Assembly: GCA_036229005.1 (NCBI GenBank)
Contig: JAZAMN010000022.1
Location: 20,174-84,173, forward strand
DNA: 64,000 nucleotides
Reading direction: 5' to 3'
DNA from: Myxococcota bacterium
Lineage (GTDB): Bacteria; Myxococcota_A; UBA796; CAJQPC01
Positions 28,801 to 39,045 of the stretch are shown here, piece after piece (position 1 is the stretch's first letter; the number at the start of each line of letters is the position of its first letter). The notes below the pieces were generated by a model. The model was not told the DNA's origin and did not search any database. It saw only the letters and a list, made by a program, of their open reading frames with translations. A program made the position numbers and the translations under genes.

Positions 28801-29927
28801 ACCGCGTGAGCGACACGGTCTCGGACGCCGCGCTGGACTGCAGCAGCGCCGGGAGCGCGGACGCCGCGGCCCCTGACGGGGACTGCGATGACCTCGCCGC
28901 CGCCATCCACCCTGGCGCTACGGAGGTCCTCGCCGATGGGACGGACTCCGACTGCGATGGGCTGGAGCTCTGCTGGGTGGACGATGATGGGGACGGATTC
29001 CAGGCGGGCGATCAGACCCTCTCGGCCTCCCTGGACTGCAGCGACGCAGGGATCGCCGGGAGCGCCGCGGGCGCCGGAGACTGCGACGACACGGACCCCG
29101 CCATCCACCCGGGCGCCACCGAGGGCATCGGGGACGGCGTGGACTCGGACTGCGACGGCGGCGAGCTCTGCTACGTGGACGCCGACAGCGACGGCTACCA
29201 CGACGGGATCACCGCGGCGGGCCCCTTGGGCTGCGGCGATGCGGGCCTGCTCAGCGGCAGCGCGCCAGGGGACGACTGCGACGACAGCGACCCCGCCTTC
29301 CACCCCGGCGCCGACGAGTCGGACTGCACCGATCCCAACGACTACAACTGCGATGGCTCGGTCCAGTACGCCGACGACGACAGCGACGGCTGGCCCGCCT
29401 GCACCGAGTGCGACGACCAGGATCCCGACGTCCACCCCGACGCCGACGAGCTCTGCGACGGGATCGACAACGACTGCGATGGCACCGTCGACAACGACGA
29501 CGCCCTGGACGCCGGGGTCTGGTACGAGGACGGGGACGGGGATGGCTTCGGGCTGGACGGGTACACCACCCAGGCCTGCTTGGTGCCCTCCGGCTACTCC
29601 GAGCTGCCTGGCGACTGCGAGGACACCGACTCCACGATCCACCCTGACGCCCTCGAGATCTGCGGCGACGGCGTGGACAACGACTGCGACGGTGCGGGGG
29701 GCCCCGACGACGACGAGGACGGCGACACCCTGAGCTGGACCCAGGAGCAGGACCTGGGCACCGACCCCTGCGACCCCGACACGGACGACGACGGACGCAG
29801 CGACGCCGACGACAGGCGGCCGGTGGGCTGTGAAGGCTGCGCCAGCTCGGGATCCGGCGCGCCAGGGGGCTGGATGGCCGGCGTGGTGCTGCTCGGCGTG
29901 CTGCTCAGACGCCGCCGCCGGGCCTGA
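25857..29927 (+). CDS. Large surface protein: FG-GAP repeats, many Cys/Asp-rich MopE-type metal-binding repeats, MYXO-CTERM-like tail
   Basis: GDFNDD/GDVNGDG FG-GAP units; repeated DCDD.D...PGA.E..DG.DQDCDG; C-terminal GC..C..-TM-RRRRR; start uncertain. Confidence 0.88.
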   Translation: MVRAKGSVVVGISGLLPVVLGCSPSPETQRDSRATVRQKDLADTQVTLQPTASAASDRFGRALASGDFNDDSYPDLVVSAPGLGSGGLLYLYEGTVSGLDLVTEHTFSTTGSIGLGYGLSAGGDVNGDGVEDLAATETGDSTQEQVYLFLGSTTAGLVADQAIQPSDWVYGDSFKVPALGADLDGDGYGDLAVGALTADATYTDQGAVYVYYGSATGVVAASELKLTDQANPWTSAYYGTAVAMGPDSDGDGYDELYVGRPWLGTSAVYIYNGSTTGVSASSYASLTGNGTAVSHGGSISFADIDGDGLTDLLVGDQNAGSYGSVGGGGQIYTYFGSATGYSDTNHQTAGSCYYRCDYAEHIAGLGDVDGDGYGDALASYLSTSIGSSGSTAPSFYLHYGTATGLAQSGTLLDTSGGSFGNAWASEDFDGDGLMDPALGWFGQASWSATDPGWVNLYTGSNRTWYPDLDGDGYGDESAGVESATPPSGYIEDGTDCDDSDATTYPGATEVVADGVDNNCDGYEKCKEDRDQDGYAEYRGEVTSSDLDCTDPGEGDSSMPRTDCDDGDASINPGATDHPADGIDQDCDGQELCYEDLDGDGFGTDAGTTLSSADLDCEDSGESGTDDDCDDSDASIHPDATEGFADGVDQDCDGIEFCYTDADGDGHSALLESSDDDCDDAGESYTASGSLDCDDSDASVYPGAAETVGDGIDQDCDDADACYVDLDGDGYGDGLVDSNSAACSDSGEALVDGDCDDADASVNPGATEAAADGVDQDCDGFELCYLDSDGDGYAAGDTVADSDLACGSAGSATVADQDCDDSDAAVNPAAAEIAGDGVDQDCDGTEDCYDDADGDGVAGSTLIQAEDLSCGAYSTTAGADCDDSDSDAFPGATEAVADGVDQDCDGGDTCYADGDGDGFVDGTVTSADLDCTDSGEAASSSTTDCDDADASVYPGAPEAVGDGVDSDCDSAELCYVDADGDGYRVSDTVSDAALDCSSAGSADAAAPDGDCDDLAAAIHPGATEVLADGTDSDCDGLELCWVDDDGDGFQAGDQTLSASLDCSDAGIAGSAAGAGDCDDTDPAIHPGATEGIGDGVDSDCDGGELCYVDADSDGYHDGITAAGPLGCGDAGLLSGSAPGDDCDDSDPAFHPGADESDCTDPNDYNCDGSVQYADDDSDGWPACTECDDQDPDVHPDADELCDGIDNDCDGTVDNDDALDAGVWYEDGDGDGFGLDGYTTQACLVPSGYSELPGDCEDTDSTIHPDALEICGDGVDNDCDGAGGPDDDEDGDTLSWTQEQDLGTDPCDPDTDDDGRSDADDRRPVGCEGCASSGSGAPGGWMAGVVLLGVLLRRRRRA

Positions 29928-30032
29928 GTCCCGCGCACCTCTGCAACGCAGCACTGCCTATGGAAGCCCACCCTCAAACCCGTTAGGGACCGCTCCCGCC
30001 GCAGGCACGCAGCGGACCCGCCCGGAGGCACC

Positions 30033-30956
30033 ATGGCAGGCCGCAAGCCGCCTTGGCTCAAGGTCAAGTTCCCCTCAGGCGAGCGCCAGGCTCGCTTCGC
30101 GCGCATCAAGAGCCGGGCCCGCGAGCTCAAGCTCCACACCGTGTGCGAAGAGGCCCAGTGCCCCAACCAGGGCGAGTGCTGGGGCGGAGGCACCGCCACC
30201 TTCATGGTGATGGGCGACATCTGCACCCGCGGCTGCCGCTTCTGCGCCGTGAACACCCGCCGCAACGGCCCCCCTCTGGACCCCGACGAGCCCGCCAACG
30301 TCGCCTCCGCCATCGCCGAGATGCAGCTTGACTACGTGGTCCTCACCAGCGTCAACCGCGACGACCTGGACGACCAGGGCGCCGGGCACTTCGCCGCCTG
30401 CATCGAGGCCATCCACACGGCCGCCCCCGACACCATGGTCGAGGTCCTCACCCCCGACTTCCGGGGCCGCATGGACCTGGTGGATCTGGTGCTGAACGCG
30501 CGCCCCACCGTCTACGCGCACAACATCGAGACCATCGAGCGCCTGCAGCGCCCCGTGCGCGACCCCCGGGCCAACTACAAGCAGTCCATGGACGTGCTGG
30601 CCCGGGTCAAGGAGCACGATCCCCGGAACTTCTCCAAGTCCTCCATCCAGGTGGGCCTGGGCGAGAAGGAGGCCGAGGTCCTCCAGACCATGCAGGATCT
30701 GCGCGACGTCGGGGTGGACTTCCTCACCCTGGGGCAGTACCTGCAGCCCACGCAGAAGCACCTCAAGGTCGACGAGTTCATCCCCCCACAGGTCTTTGAC
30801 TGGTACGCCGAGCGCGGCCGGGAGATGGGCTTCAAGTACGTGGCCTCCGGTCCCCTGGTCCGGTCCAGCTACAAGGCGGGCGAGTTCTTCATCCGCGAGT
30901 TCATCGAAAAGCAGCAGCAGGACCCCACCGCATGGCAGAAGCCGCTGGCGCGCTGA
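30033..30956 (+). CDS. lipA: Lipoyl synthase
   Basis: CEEAQCPNQGEC, CTRGCRFC, C-terminal RSSY. Confidence 0.97.
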   Translation: MAGRKPPWLKVKFPSGERQARFARIKSRARELKLHTVCEEAQCPNQGECWGGGTATFMVMGDICTRGCRFCAVNTRRNGPPLDPDEPANVASAIAEMQLDYVVLTSVNRDDLDDQGAGHFAACIEAIHTAAPDTMVEVLTPDFRGRMDLVDLVLNARPTVYAHNIETIERLQRPVRDPRANYKQSMDVLARVKEHDPRNFSKSSIQVGLGEKEAEVLQTMQDLRDVGVDFLTLGQYLQPTQKHLKVDEFIPPQVFDWYAERGREMGFKYVASGPLVRSSYKAGEFFIREFIEKQQQDPTAWQKPLAR

Positions 30957-31825
30957 GCGTCGCCGACTCCATCCGTCAGACCCTCCACGCGGCCATGACC
31001 GCCGACCCCAGCGTGCTGGTGTTGGGCGAGTCCGTGGGCGCTCTGGGCGGCGTCTTCCGCACCACCACCGGGCTTCAGGCCGAGTTTGGGGAGCAGCGGG
31101 TCGTGCAGACCCCTCTCTCCGAGTCTGCAACCCTCGGGCTGGCCCTGGGCCTCGCCATGGGCGGAAAGCGTCCCGTCGTCGAGGTCGTCACGGGCGCCGC
31201 CGCGGCCTTCTCCCAGCTCGGTGAGCTCGCGACCCTCCACGGGGCCGAGTTCCCCCTCCCCGTCGTCCTGCGCGTGCCCCTGGGCGCCCTGCCCGGCGGC
31301 GGCCACACGGTCGACATGGTCGGCACCCTGGTCGGCATGCCCGGCATCCAGGTCCTGGCCCCCAGCCACCCTGCCGACGCCGCGGCCATGCTCCAGCAGG
31401 CCCTGGACTCCCAGCGCCCCACCGTGCTCATCGAGTCCATCCCCTGCTACGCGGAGCGGGCGAGCAAGCCGGCTGGTGCCCCCGGAAAGGCCGTGGTGCA
31501 CCGCTCTGGCCGGGACCTCACCCTGCTCAGCTTCGGCGCCGCCGTCTCCACCTGCGAGGACATCGCGGCCAGCTCCGAGCACGATCTGGGCGTGGTCGAC
31601 CTCCGCAGCCTGAGCCCCCTGGACACCGAGACCCTGGCCGCCGAGCTCCGCCGCTCCGGCCGGGCCATCCTGGTGCACCCCAGCCTGGTGGACGACACCC
31701 TGTCCCGGAACCTCCTGGCCCAGGTCACCCAGGCCGCCTTCCTCTACCTGGAGTCGCCCCCGACGGCCGTCACCGCGGATCCCGCGGCGCTGTCCCAGGC
31801 CATCTCCGCATCCCTGCGTTTCTAA
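30932..31825 (+). CDS. 2-oxoacid dehydrogenase E1 beta-like protein (degenerate)
   Basis: GE.VG..GGVFR.T.GL...FG..RV..TPLSE retained; EIQF.DF and HSQ regions altered. Confidence 0.82.
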   Translation: MAEAAGALSVADSIRQTLHAAMTADPSVLVLGESVGALGGVFRTTTGLQAEFGEQRVVQTPLSESATLGLALGLAMGGKRPVVEVVTGAAAAFSQLGELATLHGAEFPLPVVLRVPLGALPGGGHTVDMVGTLVGMPGIQVLAPSHPADAAAMLQQALDSQRPTVLIESIPCYAERASKPAGAPGKAVVHRSGRDLTLLSFGAAVSTCEDIAASSEHDLGVVDLRSLSPLDTETLAAELRRSGRAILVHPSLVDDTLSRNLLAQVTQAAFLYLESPPTAVTADPAALSQAISASLRF

Positions 31826-31834
31826 GGAGTCTGC

Positions 31835-33097
31835 GTGTACACCTTCGAGCTTCCTGAGATCGGCGAAGGCGTCGTCGAGGGCGAGATCGTCCAGTGGCTG
31901 GTGCAGCCCGGCGACGTGATCGCCGTGGACCAGCCCGTCTGCGAGATCATGACCGACAAGGCCACCGTCGAGATCTCCTCGCCGGTGGGCGGCCGCATCC
32001 AGAGCCTCCACGGGGAGCCCGGTGATGTGGTGAAGGTCCACACCCCGCTGGCCGAGATCGACGACGGCGCCGCTGGAGCCGCCCCCGCAGCCCCTGCGCC
32101 CGCCCCGGCCCCCAAGGCGGCTGCCCCCGCTCCCGCAGCCCCCGCGCCCAAGGCCGCCCCGGCTCCTGCAGCGCAGGCTACCGCTCCCGCGGCCCCCGCC
32201 CCCACCTCCACCGGCAAGTCCGTCGCCACCCCCGCCGTGCGTCGCCGGGCCCGCGAGATGGGCGTGGACCTGGCCCAGGTCCCCGGCTCCGGCAAGGGTG
32301 GCCGCGTCCTGCACCAGGACCTGGACGGCTTCAACGCCGGCGCCGAGGCCGTCGCTCCCGTGGCCTTGCCCCAGTCCAAGGCCGTCGCAACCGGCGCCGA
32401 AGAGCACATCAAGATCATCGGCCTGCGCCGCAAGATCGCCGAGCAGATGGTGCGCGCCAAGCAGACCGCCCCCCACTTCACCTACGTCGAGGAGATCGAC
32501 GTCACGGAGCTGTGGGCCCTGCGCAAGAAGCTCAAGGGCAAGGCCGCCGAGCGCGGCGTGAAGCTCACCTTCCTGCCCTTCTTCATGAAGGCCCTCACCC
32601 AGGTGTTCAAGGAATTCCCCAACCTGAACGCCAACGTGATCGAGGACCCCTTCACCCTGGTGGTCAAGGGCGACGTCAACATCGGCATCGCCACCGACAC
32701 CCCCCAGGGTCTGTTCGTGCCCGTCGTGCACAACGTCGAGCAGAAGAGCATCCTGGAGATCGCCGCCGAGCTGGGCGCGCTGACCGAGCGCGTGCGCAAC
32801 GGCAAGGGCACCCAGGCCGACTTCTCCGGCGGCACCTTCACCATCACCTCCGTCGGCAACATCGGCGGCGTGCTGGCCACCCCCATCCTGAACATCCCGG
32901 AGGTCGCCATCCTGGGCGTCAACCAGATCAAGGATCGGGCCGTGGTGATCGACGGTGAGATCAAGGTCCGCAAGATGGTCTACTTCTCGCCCAGCTTCGA
33001 CCACCGCATCATCGACGGCGCCGTGGCGGCCCGCTTCACCTCGGCCCTCAAGGCCCTGCTGGAGAGCCCCGAGTCCATGCTGCTGGAGCTGGTCTGA
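31835..33097 (+). CDS. Dihydrolipoamide acyltransferase E2
   Basis: Lipoyl domain (TDKA), Pro/Ala linker, E3-binding GSG.GGRV, catalytic DHRIIDG; GTG start after AAGGAG. Confidence 0.95.
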   Translation: MYTFELPEIGEGVVEGEIVQWLVQPGDVIAVDQPVCEIMTDKATVEISSPVGGRIQSLHGEPGDVVKVHTPLAEIDDGAAGAAPAAPAPAPAPKAAAPAPAAPAPKAAPAPAAQATAPAAPAPTSTGKSVATPAVRRRAREMGVDLAQVPGSGKGGRVLHQDLDGFNAGAEAVAPVALPQSKAVATGAEEHIKIIGLRRKIAEQMVRAKQTAPHFTYVEEIDVTELWALRKKLKGKAAERGVKLTFLPFFMKALTQVFKEFPNLNANVIEDPFTLVVKGDVNIGIATDTPQGLFVPVVHNVEQKSILEIAAELGALTERVRNGKGTQADFSGGTFTITSVGNIGGVLATPILNIPEVAILGVNQIKDRAVVIDGEIKVRKMVYFSPSFDHRIIDGAVAARFTSALKALLESPESMLLELV

Positions 33098-33780
33098 TGA
33101 GCATGCGCCAGGCCCTCAGTCAGGTCCGCGATGCTGGCCAGGCCCTCGCCGAGACCGGCGCGCTGGCCACCCCGGTCCAGGGCCTGGAGGCCGTCATCGT
33201 GGGCGGCTTCTCCGGCATGTCCTCCAAGGACTGGATCGTGCCGGGCCTGCGCGAGCGCGCTGGCGCCGTCCTGCGCGGCTGCTCCGTCGAGCGCCTCCAG
33301 GCCCCCCACGCCGGCGCCCGCCCCTACCGCATCGCCCCGGTGTCCGCCGACCCCGCCGCCCGCATGCTGCACGCCTGCGGCCTGGCCATGGCCATGCGCG
33401 ACCAGGACCTCTCGGTCCTCTGCTTCGTCGGCCAGGGCAGCGCCTCCTACGGCGCCTTCCACGAGGCCATGAACATGGCCGTCCTGCACCGCCTGCCCGT
33501 GGTCTTCCTGGCCCACCACTGGGACCTGGACGACCCCGAGAGCCCCCTGAGCCCCCAGGTCGCCGGGTCCATGCAGGGCCTCGCCCTGGCTCACGGACTG
33601 CGCCCCCACTCGGTGGACGGCGGCCTCGTGACCGAGGTGCTCAGCGCCGTCGCCGAGGCCCGCGCCCACAGCGGCCCCTCCTTCATCGAGGCCCGCTTGC
33701 TCCGCGGCGAGGACCCCCTGCGCCGCGCCTACGACGAGCTCACCGAGAACGAGCCCGCCGCCTCCAACCAGCTTTCCTGA
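33097..33780 (+). CDS. 2-oxoacid dehydrogenase E1 alpha-like protein (short, degenerate ThDP motif)
   Basis: GLEA, DWIVP.LRE, FHEAMNMA....LPVVF, VDG, GPSFIE; GDG replaced by GQG and NN by HH. Confidence 0.8.
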   Translation: MSMRQALSQVRDAGQALAETGALATPVQGLEAVIVGGFSGMSSKDWIVPGLRERAGAVLRGCSVERLQAPHAGARPYRIAPVSADPAARMLHACGLAMAMRDQDLSVLCFVGQGSASYGAFHEAMNMAVLHRLPVVFLAHHWDLDDPESPLSPQVAGSMQGLALAHGLRPHSVDGGLVTEVLSAVAEARAHSGPSFIEARLLRGEDPLRRAYDELTENEPAASNQLS

Positions 33781-33813
33781 ATCCCCCCCGAAATTCGCCC
33801 AACGGAGTTCCTC

Positions 33814-35234
<1,421 letters not shown>

Positions 35235-35238
<4 letters not shown>

Positions 35239-35849
35239 TCGCAGAGACCGATGGCGCCCGCGGGCGCTTCATCGTCATCGAGGGCCTGGACGGCAGCGGC
35301 GGCACCACCCAGGTGCGGCTGCTGTCCCAGGCCCTCGCCGCGACGGCCACACGCGAGCCCACCGATGGCCCCATCGGCAAGCTCATCCGGCAGTCTCTGG
35401 CCGAGCCCATGCTCCTGGGCGACGGGGTGCTCCCCTACCTGTTCGCGGCGGACCGCAAGGACCACCTCGAGCGCCTCATCGAGCCCAAGCTCGCCGCCGG
35501 CGTGGACGTGGTCAGCGACCGCTACCTGCACAGCTCCCTGGCCTACCAGTCCCTGGCCATGCCCTTCGAGCAGGTATTCGCCTTGAACGCCGACTTTCGA
35601 GCGCCAGACCTCTGCGTGATGCTGGAGCTCCCCGTGGCCCAGTGCCTGGAGCGCATCGAGGCCCGCGGCCAGGCCCGCGACCGCTTCGAGACCGAGAAGC
35701 AGCTCGTCGCCATCTCCGAGCAGTACGAGCGCGTGCTGGCCCACCTGGAGGCCCGCGGCGATCGCATCCTGCGCTTGGACGCCAGCCAGAGCATCAAGGC
35801 CCTGCACAAGCAGATCCTGGACGCCGTCCAGTCTCTCAAGGGGGGCTGA
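35235..35849 (+). CDS. tmk: Thymidylate (dTMP) kinase
   Basis: FIVIEGLDGSG, TREP, LFAADR, DRY..SSLAYQ, PD. Confidence 0.88.
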
Positions 35850-35852
35850 GCG

Positions 35853-36470
35853 GTGCGCGTGGTGGACCTGGGTCGGCAGCCCTACCGTCAGACATGGGAG
35901 CTGCAGAAGCAGGTTCTCGCGGAGCGCATCCAGGGCGCCGGCGAGGACACCCTGCTGCTGGTCGAGCACGAGCCCGTGTTCACCCTGGGCCGCGCCCGCT
36001 CCAGCCTGCAGCACGTGTTGGATCCCGGGGACGCCGAGGTCATCCAGATCGAGCGCGGCGGCGACGTCACCTGGCACGGCCCCGGCCAGCTCGTGGTCTA
36101 CCCCATCGTGGCCCTGCCCCCGGGCCGCCAGGACCTGCACCGGCACCTGAGCGATCTGGAGCAGGCCGTCATCGACACCTGCGCGGACTTTGGCCTGGAG
36201 ACCGGCCGCAACGAGCGGAACACCGGGGTGTGGGTCGGCGACCGCAAGCTCGCCAGCATCGGGATCCACTGCCGCCGCTGGGTGACCTGGCACGGGCTGG
36301 CCCTGAACGTGGCCCCGGACATGGCCTGGTTCGACCGCATCGTGGCCTGCGGGCTGGAGGGCGTACGCATGACCTCGCTGGCGGAGCAGTTGTCGTCGGG
36401 GTGTCCGGACATGCATCAGGTCAAGGGGTGCATCGTGACGCACCTGCAGCGCCTGCTCCCCTCTCCTTGA
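35853..36470 (+). CDS. lipB: Octanoyltransferase LipB
   Basis: EHEPVFTLG, RGGDVTWHGPGQLV.YP, KLASIG, HGLALN, CG. Confidence 0.95.
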   Translation: MRVVDLGRQPYRQTWELQKQVLAERIQGAGEDTLLLVEHEPVFTLGRARSSLQHVLDPGDAEVIQIERGGDVTWHGPGQLVVYPIVALPPGRQDLHRHLSDLEQAVIDTCADFGLETGRNERNTGVWVGDRKLASIGIHCRRWVTWHGLALNVAPDMAWFDRIVACGLEGVRMTSLAEQLSSGCPDMHQVKGCIVTHLQRLLPSP

Positions 36471-36518
36471 CTGGGCCTCTCAGGGGGCTATTTCTGGCCC
36501 CCCGCAGGAGACCCTCAG

Positions 36519-37853
36519 ATGCTGGACCCCAAGTTCGTCGAGAACAACCCGGAGCAGGTTCGCGCCGCTCTGGAGCGCCGCAACGCCACCGAGAAGCAGC
36601 TCGCCGCCTTCGAGGCTGTCGCTGAGCTCAACGAGCGCCGCCGGTCCCTGATCCAGAAGGCGGAAGAGGGCCGCGCCACCCGCAACCAGCTCAGCCCCCA
36701 GATCGGGCAGCTCATGAAGGCCGGCAAGCGGGACGAGGCCACCGCCCTCAAGGCCCAGGTCAAGGAGGCCAGCGAGGCCACCAAGGCCGCCGAGGAGGCT
36801 CTGGAGGCCCTGGAGACCGAGCGCACCCAGCACCTGCTGGAGATCCCCAACCTGGTCGACGCGCGGGTCCCCGCCGGCAAGGGCGAGGAGGACAACGAGC
36901 AGGTGCGCACCTGGGGCACCCCCCGCGAGCTGGACTTCGAGGCCAAGACCCACGACCAGCTCGGCGAGGAGCTGGACATCCTGGACTTCGAGCGGGCCAG
37001 CAAGCTCTCGGGCACGCGCTTCGCGGTCTACAAGGGCCTGGGCGCCCGCCTGGAGCGCGCCCTGGTCAACTTCTTCCTGGACATGCACACCCGGGACCAC
37101 GGCTACACCGAGCTGATGGTGCCCTACATGGTGCGCAGCTCGGCGCTCTACGGCACCGGCCAGCTCCCCAAGTTCGAGGAGGACCTCTTCAAGCTCAAGC
37201 AGCAGCTCGCGGGTGAGGACGCCTACCTGATCCCCACCGCCGAGGTCCCTGTGACCAACCTCCACCGCGAGGAGATCCTGGAGGAGGAGGAGCTGCCCAA
37301 GGCCTACGTCGCGTTCACCCCCTGCTTCCGCTCGGAGGCCGGCAGCTACGGCCGCGACACCAAGGGCCTGATCCGCCAGCACCAGTTCCACAAGGTCGAG
37401 CTGGTGCGGGTCAGCAGCGCAGAAGACAGCGACGCCCAGCACGAGCTGCTCACCCAGCACGCCGAGGCTTGTCTGCAGGCCCTGGGGCTGCCCTACCGCG
37501 TGATGCGGCTCTGCGGCGGCGACATCAGCTTCAACGCCCGCCACTGCTACGACCTGGAGGTCTGGCTGCCCGGTCAGAAGGCCTACCGGGAGATCAGCAG
37601 CTGCTCCACCTTCGGCGACTTCCAGGCGCGCCGGATGGGCCTGCGATACCGGCCCGCGCCGGTCCAGGACGCCAAGGGCAAGCTCAAGAAGCAGAAGCCC
37701 CAGCTTGCTCACACGATCAACGGATCGGGTCTGGCGGTTGGCCGCACCGTGGTGGCGATCCTTGAGAATTATCAGCAGCCTGACGGCACAATCGCGATCC
37801 CGGATGCACTTCAGAGCTACATGGGCCTTGCCACCATCCCTGCACCCCATTAA
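36519..37853 (+). CDS. serS: Serine--tRNA ligase
   Basis: N-terminal coiled coil, [49 protein letters not shown]. Confidence 0.97.
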   Translation: MLDPKFVENNPEQVRAALERRNATEKQLAAFEAVAELNERRRSLIQKAEEGRATRNQLSPQIGQLMKAGKRDEATALKAQVKEASEATKAAEEALEALETERTQHLLEIPNLVDARVPAGKGEEDNEQVRTWGTPRELDFEAKTHDQLGEELDILDFERASKLSGTRFAVYKGLGARLERALVNFFLDMHTRDHGYTELMVPYMVRSSALYGTGQLPKFEEDLFKLKQQLAGEDAYLIPTAEVPVTNLHREEILEEEELPKAYVAFTPCFRSEAGSYGRDTKGLIRQHQFHKVELVRVSSAEDSDAQHELLTQHAEACLQALGLPYRVMRLCGGDISFNARHCYDLEVWLPGQKAYREISSCSTFGDFQARRMGLRYRPAPVQDAKGKLKKQKPQLAHTINGSGLAVGRTVVAILENYQQPDGTIAIPDALQSYMGLATIPAPH

Positions 37854-37872
37854 AAGGCTGGGGCCTCGCCGA

Positions 37873-37957
37873 GGAGGTGTGGCCGAGCGGTTGAAGGCAC
37901 CGGTCTTGAAAACCGGCAACCCTTCGGGGTTCGTGGGTTCGAATCCCACCGCCTCCG
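37873..37957 (+). tRNA. tRNA-Ser(TGA)
   Basis: GGAGGTG/CGCCTCC acceptor stem, CCGGT-CTTGAAA-ACCGG anticodon arm, long variable arm, GGTTCGAATCC; CCA not encoded. Confidence 0.95.
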
Positions 37958-38013
37958 CTTCCCCCGTCTCGGGGACCAAGATCTTTTAAAGCGCTGACTG
38001 CAGATGCCTGTTT

Positions 38014-38106
38014 GGAGGCGTGACCGAGTGGCTGAAGGTGCTTGATTGCTAATCAAGTGTACGGTCAAAAGCTGTACCGAGGGTTCGAATCCCTCCGCCT
38101 CCGCCA
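38014..38106 (+). tRNA. tRNA-Ser(GCT)
   Basis: CTTGA-TTGCTAA-TCAAG anticodon arm, long variable arm, T-loop, encoded CCA. Confidence 0.95.
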
Positions 38107-38155
38107 CCTTGGCTCCAACCGGTTATACCGGCTTCCGCATCGCAGAAGGCCATAC

Positions 38156-38229
38156 GCACCCATAGCTCAATTGGATAGAGCGTCGGACTACGGATCCGAA
38201 GGTTAGGGGTTCGACTCCTCTTGGGTGTA
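38156..38229 (+). tRNA. tRNA-Arg(ACG)
   Basis: GCACCCA/TGGGTGT acceptor stem, TCGGA-CTACGGA-TCCGA anticodon arm, GGTTCGACTCC. Confidence 0.95.
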
Positions 38230-38233
38230 CTTC

Positions 38234-38273
38234 AAAACCCCCTGGCAGAAATGCCAGGGGGTTTTTTCTTTTT
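38234..38273 (+). terminator. Intrinsic terminator of the tRNA operon (potentially bidirectional)
   Basis: AAAACCCCCTGGCA-GAAA-TGCCAGGGGGTTTT followed by further T-runs. Confidence 0.92.
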
Positions 38274-38505
38274 GGGGTTTGGGATCCGGGGGATGGGATT
38301 CGTTCTGCGAAAGGCCCGGTACTCGCTTTGGGGATTCAGGCTGCACGGGCTTCCGGGCGTCGTCTGACCGCACCCGGCCCCACGGGTCTGTGGGGCCGCT
38401 CTGCGGCTACTCGTGCGTTGGCCGCCAGTTCCCCTTGCGCTGTCCGGACAGCCGGGCACAAGGTCCTTTGCAAGAGTCAATCCCGCGTGCCCCCAGCCAC
38501 AGCAC

Positions 38506-39045
38506 TCAGAGTCGCTTCCGGACCTCCATCAGCGCGAACCCCAACAGATTCAGCCCCTTCCACAGCCGGGGATTGTCAGCCCCCTCCGCGGATCTCTCCA
38601 GCCCGATGCCCCAAATCCGGTCTTGCGGGCTGGCTTCCACCAACACCCGGGTTTGGGTATTCCGCAAGAACTCGCCGAGCTCCGGGTTCTGCTTGAACTT
38701 GGCCTCGTTCCCCCGGACAACGATGTCGAACCTGGCGCGCCGCCAAGCCTCCTCGTTGAACCCGCGAACCTCTCGCCCGAGCCGCTTGGCCGCACCAGGG
38801 CTCCGCGCCTCCACGATGCGCGCGGCCATGCTCTCGTCCGAGAACAGCCTTGCCTTCTCGGCCATCATGAAGTGCTCCGCCGTCCGGTAGTGCACCCCGT
38901 CAACAACGAAGGGAGCCCCGTACCATTGGCTGAGACACTCGGCCCCGACACTGTCCCGCGTGCTCGTGTGCCCCCAGAAGAACAAGTACTTGACGTGCTC
39001 GCCCTTCGATACGGCGGCCACCAGCTCTTCAACAGTCCCGTACAT
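38506..39045 (-). CDS. NADAR family protein (YbiA/RibX-like N-glycosidase)
   Basis: CLSQWY, TAEHFMMAEKA.LF, AKRLGR, AKF.QN, LVEASP.D.IWGIG, GLNLLGFALM; start moved to ATG 39045. Confidence 0.92.
   Translation of the reverse strand: MYGTVEELVAAVSKGEHVKYLFFWGHTSTRDSVGAECLSQWYGAPFVVDGVHYRTAEHFMMAEKARLFSDESMAARIVEARSPGAAKRLGREVRGFNEEAWRRARFDIVVRGNEAKFKQNPELGEFLRNTQTRVLVEASPQDRIWGIGLERSAEGADNPRLWKGLNLLGFALMEVRKRL

Noticed and set aside
27240..29820. DNA-level repeat region as a mobile or non-coding element
   Set aside because: Explained by protein-level Cys/Asp-rich repeats within the large surface protein.
25893..29954. 1353-aa minus-strand ORF and similar long antisense ORFs (20300..22765, 59673..63098, 32980..35214, 1955..3823)
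   Set aside because: Shadow frames of strongly GC3-biased genes on the opposite strand; no motifs of their own.
37873..38106. Possible tRNA-Sec or unusual tRNAs because of long variable arms
   Set aside because: Anticodons are TGA and GCT with 7-bp acceptor stems, i.e. normal serine tRNAs.
38355..38434. Integron attC site (hairpin CGGCCCCAC/GTGGGGCCG followed by GTTGGCC)
   Set aside because: No matching RYYYAAC inverse core, no integron integrase and no cassette array.
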